Positions 30,127 to 38,526 are shown, counted from the stretch's first letter. The stretch is DNA of 61,775 nt from Moraxella sp. (GCA_041781275.1 JBHAZZ010000020.1:1-61775), one strand, 5' to 3'. Program-made: numbers and translations. The notes: generated by a model not told the origin, from the letters alone.

Positions 30127-30660
30127 TTAAAAATTGATATTATTTAGAATGGCAATGGCGGTTTTTGCGTCTTTTTCTTGTTTGGCTGCCGCCTTGATAT
30201 TGTTTACTGTGCTGTCAGCATTGGCAGGAAAGGTAACAATAGACACTTCTTTTAAATCTAGTTTTAGCAGGTCTATGGTGTCATCGTCCGAATTATAACG
30301 GTATTTTTGCGTGCGATAGCCGATAGACAACCCATCAATCGCCCCTGCTTTTATCAAGGCGTGGGCTTCTTTTGCCTTTGCCACGTCATCAATCAGTAGT
30401 TTGCCTTCGCCATACAAGCCTTTTTCATCTTCATAAAGTTTTGTCCAAACACCGATGACTTCGGAGCGGTCGTGTTGCCATAAAATCGGTGGCATTTTAT
30501 TTTTGGCTTGCCAGTCGTTCAGACTGTCCACAAAAGCCCCTTTTTTGACGATTTCGTCATAGCTGTCCACAACATCAAACACGCTACAATATCCGCTAAA
30601 TGTGCCGTCATCTTGTAAATTTTCTGCCTTAAAAGACAGCGATTTTGTTTGTAAAGTCAT
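30127..30660 (-). CDS. HK97 prohead protease
   Basis: FSGYCSVF, LWQHD, GLSIGY, EVSIVTFPAN. Confidence 0.95.
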   Translation of the reverse strand: MTLQTKSLSFKAENLQDDGTFSGYCSVFDVVDSYDEIVKKGAFVDSLNDWQAKNKMPPILWQHDRSEVIGVWTKLYEDEKGLYGEGKLLIDDVAKAKEAHALIKAGAIDGLSIGYRTQKYRYNSDDDTIDLLKLDLKEVSIVTFPANADSTVNNIKAAAKQEKDAKTAIAILNNINF

Positions 30661-31862
30661 TCATTTTTCCCCAAATTTTGTAAATGCGTTAAATTGGTCT
30701 GCACCGTCAGCGTATCGCCCCCATCAAGCGGTGGCAAATCTTCTAACTCTCTGACTTCGTTTCTTGTCAGCCAGCCATTTTGCAATGCCGAAGTATAAAA
30801 TGCTGACCGCCCGTTACTGTCCGCACGTAGTAGTCCTTCCACGCTCCATTTGGGTTTGTATTGGGTGCGCTCGGCAGGGGTTAGTAGTTTTTTGATGATT
30901 GCCTGTTCAATTTTTACTAAAACAGGGCGTAAGCTGTACATCAAAAAGCCCAAATTCATATTTTCAAGACTGCTTGCCCACGAGCTTGCTTTATCCGTGT
31001 GATAGATAAGCTGGGGCGGCACGCCAAAAATCCTACAAATCTCTTCAATACCAAAATAGCGACTTTCCAAAAGCTGTGCGTCCTGCGGGTTCATTCTAAG
31101 GCTGTGCCCGCCTGCGACGTCCATGCCTGCTTCTAGCACCATGTATTTGCCCGCATTTTCAGGCTTGCCAAACTCGGTTAGGTTCTTTCTTAACCGTTCT
31201 CGCTGCTCTTCGGTCAGCGTACTATTGCCAGTTTTTAAAAATCCGCCTGCTTTAAGCGAGTTTCTAAACTCGTGGGCGGTGGCGTTGTTGGCGTCTGTTT
31301 GCAGTCCAATGACAGACGACTGGTAGCTGATGGGTGACAAACCTACCAGTCCATCAAGCGAAAAGCCTTTAATATGTAAAATTTCATCAGCGACATAGCG
31401 GGTATATTTGCCATTTTCTTGATAAATGTAGGTAATTAAGCCGTCTTTGCCTCGTGATACGCTCATTCGCTCGGGGTTTAGGACATCTAGGGCGATGATA
31501 TGACCCGTCTTTTTATGGCGGACGATAAGTGCATAAGCATTGCCCCACAAATCAAGACTTGCCACCATGCTTTCCCAAAACTCGCTTGCGGTCATGTCGG
31601 CATTGGGGCTGTCGTGCAATAGGCGATACAAGGGGTGGTTTTCTGCCACTTTTTTGTCTTTGCCGTATAAATGTAGGGGTAAAGAGCCGATGACTTGGCT
31701 ACGCAGTCGCACGCACGCCCACACTGCTGACAGTTTAAGGGCGGTTTCGGCGTTAATGGCGTTGCCACTTGCCGATGTTGTGCCAGTAAAGGGGTCGGAC
31801 ATCTGCCCCTTGTCAAGGCGAGACCGCCCAAACAATGAGCCGAGCCAACCGAAAAATTTCAT
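30657..31862 (-). CDS. HK97 portal protein
   Basis: SAVWACV, LWGNAY, GLSPI, ICRIFGVPP, TRNEVRELE. Confidence 0.95.
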   Translation of the reverse strand: MKFFGWLGSLFGRSRLDKGQMSDPFTGTTSASGNAINAETALKLSAVWACVRLRSQVIGSLPLHLYGKDKKVAENHPLYRLLHDSPNADMTASEFWESMVASLDLWGNAYALIVRHKKTGHIIALDVLNPERMSVSRGKDGLITYIYQENGKYTRYVADEILHIKGFSLDGLVGLSPISYQSSVIGLQTDANNATAHEFRNSLKAGGFLKTGNSTLTEEQRERLRKNLTEFGKPENAGKYMVLEAGMDVAGGHSLRMNPQDAQLLESRYFGIEEICRIFGVPPQLIYHTDKASSWASSLENMNLGFLMYSLRPVLVKIEQAIIKKLLTPAERTQYKPKWSVEGLLRADSNGRSAFYTSALQNGWLTRNEVRELEDLPPLDGGDTLTVQTNLTHLQNLGKNE

Positions 31863-31929
31863 CTGTCATTTTCCCTTTGATACTAAAAACCGCCTTTTGG
31901 CGGTTAAAATTTAAAATTCCACTTGCTTT

Positions 31930-31948
31930 TATAATACATTGTATTATA
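31930..31948. promoter_or_regulatory. Palindromic operator of RelE/HTH TA promoter
   Basis: TATAATACA-T-TGTATTATA perfect inverted repeat. Confidence 0.6.
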
Positions 31949-31979
31949 ATACTATGTATTATTTAAGAGATAAACCACC

Positions 31980-32300
31980 ATGTACACCATCGCTGAAACC
32001 GACCAATTTATTAGCCAAGTATCTGACATCTGGACAGATGATGAACGCCTTGATTTCTTTGAATATTTAGCACAGAACCCTTTAAAAGGCGATGTTATCC
32101 CCAATGCCAAAGGATTGCGTAAAATCCGTTATTCGGCAAAGGGACACGGCAAACGGGGCGGAGTTAGGGTCATCTATTACAATATGCTTGATGATGGGTT
32201 GATTGTCGCTGTCGCCATCTACCCCAAAAATGAGCGTGAAGACCTAAGCAAAGCACAAACCAAAAAACTTGCCAACTCTAAATCCAAGTCCAAAAAATAA
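31980..32300 (+). CDS. RelE/HigB-family toxin
   Basis: GDVIP..GLRKIR....GKRGGVRVIYY, IYPKNEREDL. Confidence 0.9.
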   Translation: MYTIAETDQFISQVSDIWTDDERLDFFEYLAQNPLKGDVIPNAKGLRKIRYSAKGHGKRGGVRVIYYNMLDDGLIVAVAIYPKNEREDLSKAQTKKLANSKSKSKK

Positions 32301-32307
32301 GGAGCAA

Positions 32308-32643
32308 ATGATGAAAAACCTACCCAATTTTGACATAAGCGAAGTCATGCAAGCCATCATTGCAGATGAACCCGACCTTGCCGACCATCAAGATAGCTTG
32401 GCAACGGCTTTAACGCAGTTAAAAAATGGTGAATTTGCCCGCACGACTGTCATCAGTCAGCCCGCCCAAATCCGCCAAAAAGCCAATTTATCCCAAAGCC
32501 AGTTTGCCCGTGCCATTGGCATTTCGGTTAATACTCTAAAATCGTGGGAGCAAGGACAAAGACAGCCAAGCGGTTCGGCTCGGGTATTGCTTGATTTACT
32601 TGCCAAACGCCCAGAACTCATTGGCGAGCTTGCCACTACTTAA
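32308..32643 (+). CDS. HigA-like HTH antitoxin
   Basis: LSQSQFARAIGISVNTLKSWEQGQRQPSGSA; GGAG RBS before ATG 32308. Confidence 0.9.
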   Translation: MMKNLPNFDISEVMQAIIADEPDLADHQDSLATALTQLKNGEFARTTVISQPAQIRQKANLSQSQFARAIGISVNTLKSWEQGQRQPSGSARVLLDLLAKRPELIGELATT

Positions 32644-32656
32644 TTTTGTGGGCGAT

Positions 32657-34351
32657 TTAGGCAATCACCATATTATCAAGGTATTCATCAATATTCCCGC
32701 CACTTTGGGCGTGTAATTTGGCACGCCCAAGAGCCATTATCAGAGCCACAATGCCGTCAATCTTGTTTTCGGCTCGCTCTTTGTCGGGATAAATATTATC
32801 TTTTTTGTCCACCACCGCCACGACATTGCTCGCCTGCCAAGTCAGCAAAGGACAATCGCCGTGGGCGATTTTGCCTTGCAATACGAGTGCTTCAAGTTCT
32901 TTCATCGGCTCGCTCATGTTCTGTACTGTGTGGCGTAACTCCACCATGGTCGCCCCTTCTTTTTCCATTTCTTGGGCAAGCTGGGTGGCTTGCCACGGGT
33001 CGTAGGCGATTTGACGGACATCAAAGCGACACATAAACTCACGCAAATCATCTTTGATGACATCAAAATCCACTACTTCGCCCATCGTGAGCGTGAGTAG
33101 CCCCATGTTATCCCATGCTCGGTAACGGTCGGCGTTGCCATCCATACTTTCCAAAACTCGTGCGTCTGGCAGATAATACCGCCCATGCACATGATAATAA
33201 GGGTCGTTTGCTGTGGGTGGAAATAGCAAAATTAGGGCATTTAGGTCAATCTTTGTCGCCAAATCAAGCCCAATGTAGCAGGGGCGATTTTCAAGCTCAT
33301 GGAGTTCTTTACGCTTAGGGGCGTTTTGCCATTTTGACATGTTGAGCCACGCATTTTTCGCTCCGACCCATTCGTTTAGGTGTTTGGTGCGAAATACTGA
33401 CTGTTTGCGTGCCGAAGTCTTAGCGTCTCGTTGCCGTGCTTGCAAAAATTCCCCCGATACCGAGATGTTATAATTTGGATTTGCCTTTATCAAGGCAATA
33501 TCGCTATCCCACGCATCGTCCGTGTCTTTGCCATACAAAATCGCCCACATATCATCAATATCTAGCACGCCATCAAGCATTTTTTGAGCGTCTTGGTACA
33601 AAAGATGACACGCCCCACCAATGGTTGCCCCTGCGGTGGTAATCACCAGCATAATCGGCTGATTTCTCGCCCCCATACCTGTTTGCATCGTATCAAATAG
33701 GGTATCGTCTTTGTGTTCGTGGTATTCATCAACCACGGCACAGCTCGGGCTTGCTCCGTCCCCGGGCTTTCCGATGACAGGTTCAAAACGAGAACCGTCC
33801 GCCACACGGTTCATATTAGAAGCATTGACTTCCACGCCAAAGGCTTCTTTTAATTGGGGCGTGCGTTGTATCATCAGCTTGGCTGGCAAAAACACTTCCC
33901 ACGCCTGCCGTTCGGTCGTAGCCCCGCTATACACTTCCGCCCCAAACTCGCCATCGGCACAAAACATATAATTTGCCACCCCCGCTGCGATGGCTGATTT
34001 GCCATTTTTACGGCAAACAAAAATAAAAATCGTGCGAAAACGGCGTAAATTATCCGATTTTTTAACCCAGCCAAATGGCACACAACAAGCAAACACTTGC
34101 CACGGCTCTAAAAATATCTTTTCGCCCCGTCTTGCCCATTCGCCTTTGGTGTGGGGTAGTAGCTGGATAAATTTGGCAACCCTTTCAGCTTTGGCGGGGT
34201 CAAACTTGTAAGGATAATCCTTGTTTTTGCTTTTCTTTTTATCATCAAAATGCCTTTGACACGCCAATTTTATCCATTTATTAGCAACAATATCGCCATT
34301 TATCACATCACGGGCGTATTGTTCGGCTCGTTCTACATTGTCAAAGGTCAT
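32657..34351 (-). CDS. terL: Terminase large subunit
   Basis: LEPWQ, RKNGKS Walker A, VVDEYH Walker B, GLDLA, KIDGIVA. Confidence 0.96.
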   Translation of the reverse strand: MTFDNVERAEQYARDVINGDIVANKWIKLACQRHFDDKKKSKNKDYPYKFDPAKAERVAKFIQLLPHTKGEWARRGEKIFLEPWQVFACCVPFGWVKKSDNLRRFRTIFIFVCRKNGKSAIAAGVANYMFCADGEFGAEVYSGATTERQAWEVFLPAKLMIQRTPQLKEAFGVEVNASNMNRVADGSRFEPVIGKPGDGASPSCAVVDEYHEHKDDTLFDTMQTGMGARNQPIMLVITTAGATIGGACHLLYQDAQKMLDGVLDIDDMWAILYGKDTDDAWDSDIALIKANPNYNISVSGEFLQARQRDAKTSARKQSVFRTKHLNEWVGAKNAWLNMSKWQNAPKRKELHELENRPCYIGLDLATKIDLNALILLFPPTANDPYYHVHGRYYLPDARVLESMDGNADRYRAWDNMGLLTLTMGEVVDFDVIKDDLREFMCRFDVRQIAYDPWQATQLAQEMEKEGATMVELRHTVQNMSEPMKELEALVLQGKIAHGDCPLLTWQASNVVAVVDKKDNIYPDKERAENKIDGIVALIMALGRAKLHAQSGGNIDEYLDNMVIA

Positions 34352-34368
34352 CTGTATTTTTAAATGGA

Positions 34369-34397
34369 TTGATTTTAAAATAAAAATTGGTTAAAAT
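34369..34397 (+). promoter_or_regulatory. Sigma70-type promoter of array B
   Basis: TTGATT-N17-TAAAAT; predicted start near 34404, the first repeat base. Confidence 0.65.
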
Positions 34398-34403
34398 TTA
34401 TAA

Positions 34404-34551
34404 TCTAACACCGCATAGGGTGGCTTAGAAAAAGAAGTCCAAGAACAAGCCATTGAGCTTAAACTCTTACACCGCATAGGTGGCTTAGAAAACGGTTCAA
34501 GGTGGATTTTTTCGCCCCGCTTTGTCATACACCGCATAGGTGGCTTAAAAA
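34404..34551 (+). CRISPR. Type I-F-like CRISPR mini-array B: 3 atypical repeats, 2 spacers
   Basis: Repeats at 34404, 34464, 34524 sharing ACACCGCATAG(G)GTGGCTTA(G/A)AAA; exact 60-nt period; 32-nt spacers 34432-34463 and 34492-34523. Confidence 0.88.
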
Positions 34552-34584
34552 AAAGAGTATCATTTTTGATGGTACTCTTTTTTT
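34548..34584. terminator. Bidirectional terminator closing array B
   Basis: aaaaaaagagtatcat-ttttg-atggtactcttttttt. Confidence 0.8.
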
Positions 34585-35068
34585 ACAAAAACTGGGCAAA
34601 CGGATTGCCCGTCGTTTCGGCTTTTCCCCCACCCGTCAGCCTTACCCGACTGCTTGGGTCAAGACCCAACAGCGACCCAAAAGTTACCAACTGCCGAGCC
34701 GTCTCATTCATGACAGTAACGGCGGGATTTTTTTGCAAAACCCCAGTCTCTGGGTGTGGCACAACCACGCCATAGTTATTGATTTCATCTTGTGATTGTC
34801 GCCAACGTGCGTAAGCCGTACAAAAAGCTTCCACATTATGCAAATCCCCCACCGTAAGCAGGTCGTTGGCACACAGTTGGGGGACGACCCTTTCCCACAT
34901 TTCCACCGCCAACGGCTCTAACCATTCTGGCGGTTCAACATTCGTTATCTGGTCAAACTTCGGCTCATTTTTATTCAACGCACGCTTGCCAGCATTGCCG
35001 TTCAGCTCTTTTAATTTTGTCGGTTTGGGTTTTCGCCCACGCCCTGCGACTGTCGCAATTCCTCCCAT
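34583..35068 (-). CDS. terS: Terminase small subunit (P27 family)
   Basis: GRKPKPTKLKEL.GN.GKR, PPEWL, LGLDPSSRVRL. Confidence 0.95.
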   Translation of the reverse strand: MGGIATVAGRGRKPKPTKLKELNGNAGKRALNKNEPKFDQITNVEPPEWLEPLAVEMWERVVPQLCANDLLTVGDLHNVEAFCTAYARWRQSQDEINNYGVVVPHPETGVLQKNPAVTVMNETARQLVTFGSLLGLDPSSRVRLTGGGKAETTGNPFAQFL

Positions 35069-35074
35069 TTTTGA

Positions 35075-35170
35075 TTTCCCCCTAAACTTTTAATTTTGCG
35101 GTCGTAAAAATTTGGGTAGGGGGCGGTCATTTAGGGCAAAGCCCCGAACTTTTTACCCGCCCCTCCCCTG
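35075..35170 (-). other. Probable cos packaging site region
   Basis: GGGGAGGGGCGGG...GACCGCCCCC...AAATTTTTACG between HNH gene and terS, the usual cos position in HK97-type phages. Confidence 0.55.
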
Positions 35171-35520
35171 TTGGCTTTCCGCCTGCGTCTTGGCTCTGTG
35201 ACATACCTGGCAAATTGCTTGTAAATTGTCCAAGTCATCTGTGCCACCACTCGCCTTGTTTTTGATGTGGTCAACGGCGGTCGCTTCGGTTAGTCTGCCT
35301 TGTTGTTTGCAGACTTGGCACAAATAGCCATCACGCTCCATCACTTGCTGTCGCAGTTTACGCCACGCCTGACCATAACCACGCTTGTGGTCTTGCCACG
35401 CTGATGGACTTGCCAACGGTGCTTTGTTCGCAAATGAGCATGGTCATCACAATAGCCACGCATTAAGCGACTGGTAACCAGATTGGGACAGCCAATGGCT
35501 CGGCATGGGGTAGCAGGCAT
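35153..35520 (-). pseudogene. HNH terminase cofactor (HK97 gp74-like), frameshifted near 35385
   Basis: ATG 35520 gives MPATPCRAIGCP..GYCDDH..RGKTT; RGYG..W...CQVC..VDHI..NLQAICQVCH continues in another frame. Confidence 0.8.
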
Positions 35521-35589
35521 TCTTATATTCCGTATATTCCATAAAAAATCCCCATCATAAGACAGGGATTGTCATTAAACCGCACACAA

Positions 35590-35964
35590 TCAAGACACCC
35601 AATTTTCAAGTTTGACATCAAATTTGGCAAAATCAGCCGTATTATTGCTTACCAAAATCACATCAAGACTTTTGGCGTGAGCGGCAATCAGCGTATCAAA
35701 TTTAGGTTTATGCGAATAAGCTTTTAATAGTTCAGCAAAACACTGCGCCGCTTTTTCATTAAACGCCACAACAGGCACCAATGCCCTAAGCTTATCAAAA
35801 GCGTATTTTGGTTCATAAACATCACAGCCACGCAATAATTCCGCCCATGTGATACTACTAATCACCACATCACCAATTTGTAAACTTTCAAATTTAGCCA
35901 CGACAGGAAGTGGCTGATGTTTAAGCAAATAGATACAAATGTTGGTATCAAGCATATACTTCAT
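35590..35964 (-). CDS. vapC: VapC PIN toxin
   Basis: YMLDTNICIY, SSITWAEL, DTLIAAHA, LVSNN. Confidence 0.92.
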   Translation of the reverse strand: MKYMLDTNICIYLLKHQPLPVVAKFESLQIGDVVISSITWAELLRGCDVYEPKYAFDKLRALVPVVAFNEKAAQCFAELLKAYSHKPKFDTLIAAHAKSLDVILVSNNTADFAKFDVKLENWVS

Positions 35965-36197
35965 GACCAATCCCTGCCATCATCTTCCAATTCTACACGC
36001 TCAAACTCACCGACTTGACTGCCTATTTGAGCAAATAAGCTAGGCACATCTGCCAATGTTTGCACAGGACGAATGGTAATAACCCCGTTTTCTTTGCTTA
36101 AAATCAAAGGTGTATTTTCAGGATAAGCAAAATCTTTGGGCAATCTGATGGCTTGACTGTTGCCAGCAATAAAAGGCTTGGTGTGAATGCTTAACAT
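35961..36197 (-). CDS. vapB: VapB (AbrB-fold) antitoxin
   Basis: GNSQAIRLPKDF; upstream inverted repeat gtaataac-N5-gttattac 36208-36228 and TTGCAC-N17-TACAAT promoter. Confidence 0.92.
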   Translation of the reverse strand: MLSIHTKPFIAGNSQAIRLPKDFAYPENTPLILSKENGVITIRPVQTLADVPSLFAQIGSQVGEFERVELEDDGRDWS

Positions 36198-36477
36198 GAT
36201 GTTTACCGTAATAACAAAAAGTTATTACATTGTATCGCATTGGGCATTGATGTGCAAGTCAATTGCACCACGCTCCATTTTCTCAGCCCCCTAGTTTTTG
36301 CTAGGGGTTTTTGTTGCCCGTGTCGTGAGCGACCGCTACTGACCGCCACACCTGCCACCCAATGCACAGGGCAAGCAGGCGTGTTGGCTTTCGTCTCATC
36401 AATGGTGGGCGTACCAATAGCCCTAGTCAGATTGTTTACGCTGTGGTGCATTCTGCTTTTGGTCAGAAAGCAGGCAA

Positions 36478-36569
36478 TAAAAAAAGGCAATCACCCAAAA
36501 GGATAATCGCCTATTTACACTTAAAGCCATCATAGCAAAATAATAACCCACAGGGTATCGTGCTGTCAA
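36478..36569 (-). promoter_or_regulatory. Late promoter and terminator (pR'/tR'-like)
   Basis: TTGACA-N18-TATTAT overlapping upstream gene stop, second -10-like TATGAT, then AGGCGATTATCC-TTTT-GGGTGATTGCCT-U tract. Confidence 0.7.
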
Positions 36570-37147
36570 GCGGTATTTTTCCCATACAGCAATTTCTTGT
36601 ACTCATCTATTGCCACTTCAATCTCTACCACCAAATTTTGTAAGGTGTCAATCAACAGTCTTTGGTGCTTTAAGAATTGATTGGTATAAGTTTTTTCGTT
36701 GATGTCAATACTGAAAAAGTACAATCGCCCTTTGACCGTGCATAAGTCCCACGCATTATTTAAGTGCAACGATAACACCATGTGCGCCATTTTGTGTGAT
36801 AGCACTTCCCTGTTATGGGAGCAGTTTTTAGGCAAGGAAGTTTGGCGTAATTCGGTCAGCACCACGCCTGCCAAATAATCACGCACTGTCTCATAAGCGG
36901 TTTTGTCCATGCCCCACACAAGCATACTACACAAAGCACGGCATGGCGGTGTCATCATACCAATACACGCACACCTTTCTTGCCAAGCCGAATAATGACT
37001 GTCAGATTTTGGCGGCACACTAAAATCCCCAAACTTGGCAGGCGTGGCGGTCAAATGCTGACAAAGCCAGTCTAAGCCATCAATATCAAAGATGGGGTGA
37101 GTAGCGAATTTGATCGCCTGCTTATTATTCATTATTATGTCTTTCAT
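36566..37147 (-). CDS. Putative late antiterminator (Q-position protein)
   Basis: Last early gene, directly upstream of pR'/tR'-like architecture; positional inference only. Confidence 0.5.
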   Translation of the reverse strand: MKDIIMNNKQAIKFATHPIFDIDGLDWLCQHLTATPAKFGDFSVPPKSDSHYSAWQERCACIGMMTPPCRALCSMLVWGMDKTAYETVRDYLAGVVLTELRQTSLPKNCSHNREVLSHKMAHMVLSLHLNNAWDLCTVKGRLYFFSIDINEKTYTNQFLKHQRLLIDTLQNLVVEIEVAIDEYKKLLYGKNTA

Positions 37148-37313
37148 GCTGTTTCTCTACTGCCATACTACAAAAATCTTGGATAAATTGGTGATAATTC
37201 ATCGGCTTTGATGACGCACCATCAATTCGCACACAAATATTACCGTTTTCGTCCGCCTTGTCGTCTTTGGTGGTGGCGGTCTGTTTTGTTGTCGGATTGT
37301 AATATATGCTCAT
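37125..37313 (-). CDS. Hypothetical phage protein
   Basis: Short ORF MSIYYNP... in nin-like region. Confidence 0.5.
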   Translation of the reverse strand: MSIYYNPTTKQTATTKDDKADENGNICVRIDGASSKPMNYHQFIQDFCSMAVEKQHERHNNE

Positions 37314-37397
37314 TTGCTTGCCTTGTCTTGGGAAATTGACTTGATTTTTATTCAAGACAATGATTTATATCACTAAATTTGTTTGACTGTTGCTTGC

Positions 37398-37835
37398 CTA
37401 CTCGTCATCTTCCAAATACGCCTTAATTTCATCAATCGCTTGATTTACCCCATAACACACCTTACACAAATAACCTTGCTTGGTCAGTCGCCCAATCATG
37501 ACTTGCTGATGAGTTGATATACGCCCGCCCTTGGCTTTAAGCTCAATAAATAACCCATGATACCTACTCTTTGGGATAAATAAAAACAAATCAGGAAAGC
37601 CTGCAATCACACCCATACGTTTAAACTTGGTGGCTTCAATGATGTTTCTTGAACCCCCATTGGGGCTATGATGTAAATAATTGGACAATTTACCATCTTG
37701 ATATTTCTGCCAACTCGCCCATTGAATCAAGGCGGTTTGTTCATGGTCCTCACGGCTTGCTTTACGTTTGCTTGTCAGCTTAATTTTTGGTTTATGTTCC
37801 ACAGGCGCTTTGCCAAGTGTTTTTAATGGTTTCAC
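37398..37835 (-). CDS. VRR-NUC domain nuclease
   Basis: HSPNGG, GVIAGFPDL, LFIELK, Q......L...GY. Confidence 0.9.
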   Translation of the reverse strand: MKPLKTLGKAPVEHKPKIKLTSKRKASREDHEQTALIQWASWQKYQDGKLSNYLHHSPNGGSRNIIEATKFKRMGVIAGFPDLFLFIPKSRYHGLFIELKAKGGRISTHQQVMIGRLTKQGYLCKVCYGVNQAIDEIKAYLEDDE

Positions 37836-37890
37836 AGGGTTTGTTCCTTTGTTTTTGTATATATTTTGCTAAGACATTGCTAATAAAATG

Positions 37891-38526
37891 CTAAGACGGA
37901 CGCTCAATTTTATTTACCGCTTTTAGCTTGGCAAGCAAACCATTGACAAACTCCGTATCGGCAGGCGTGGGTTTGGGCGCTACTGTCTGCTTGGGCTGCT
38001 CTAGTGCCACAGGTGGCGTATAAATTTGGCATATTTGGCGGTCAGCAATAAGCTTACGGACAATATGCTCGTAAGCGTCCTTAAATGAACTGTACGCCTG
38101 CGACCGAGCAAAATCGGCATTACTGGCATACTCTATCTCGTTAAACATATGACAAGTTTTATCGTAGGCTTGCTTTTCGGCAACGCTAATGGGTGTGCTC
38201 TTATCAGCTAGCCAAAGCAGGATATTTGCCAGTGCGCCATTTTTGGCGATGTAACTGTCTGCCACGGCGTCTGTGTTATCAAACGTGGTATGTCCCAGAC
38301 ACCAACGACGAAATAAAGCAGGGTCAGGACAGTAGCCCATTTCAAGCACTTTGTCCAAGCCGACCAGTAATTGATCCTGATTTAGCCCTTTGGTGGCAAA
38401 GGCGAACGCAGTAACCACATCAAAGGTGGGAACATCGGCAAACTTTCTTTCAAATGAGCCTGTGGTTAGGTTTTGAATAATATCAACCAGTTGTGCAGGG
38501 TTTTGGATTTGGATTAGCTGTGTCAT
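37891..38526 (-). CDS. Replication-module protein (helicase-loader position)
   Basis: Coupled to initiator gene; YCPDPALFRRWC resembles the lambda P-like motif. Confidence 0.55.
   Translation of the reverse strand: MTQLIQIQNPAQLVDIIQNLTTGSFERKFADVPTFDVVTAFAFATKGLNQDQLLVGLDKVLEMGYCPDPALFRRWCLGHTTFDNTDAVADSYIAKNGALANILLWLADKSTPISVAEKQAYDKTCHMFNEIEYASNADFARSQAYSSFKDAYEHIVRKLIADRQICQIYTPPVALEQPKQTVAPKPTPADTEFVNGLLAKLKAVNKIERPS

Noticed and set aside
34220-34237. Array B spacer 1 can be read KKSKNK, as in terL KKKSKNKDY (14/18 nt match)
   Set aside because: Low-complexity A-rich match, the remaining 14 nt largely do not align and there is no CC PAM; likely coincidence.
34404-34551. Array B as a solitary-repeat RNA anti-CRISPR or CreA-type regulator
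   Set aside because: It has three repeats with full 32-nt spacers, one matching a phage gene homolog; I saw no PAM-adjacent seed match to TA promoters. Titration remains possible but is not the primary reading.
34502-34795. + strand ORFs over array B and terS
   Set aside because: Shadow frames antisense to terS and crossing a terminator.
36388-36430. TGATGAG-ACGAAA on the minus strand resembles a hammerhead core
   Set aside because: Lacks the CUGA start and stem II; no cleavage-site helices found.
37536-37547. 12-nt match of the 3' end of array B spacer 1 to the VRR-NUC gene
   Set aside because: PAM-distal only, no seed or PAM; plausible by chance.
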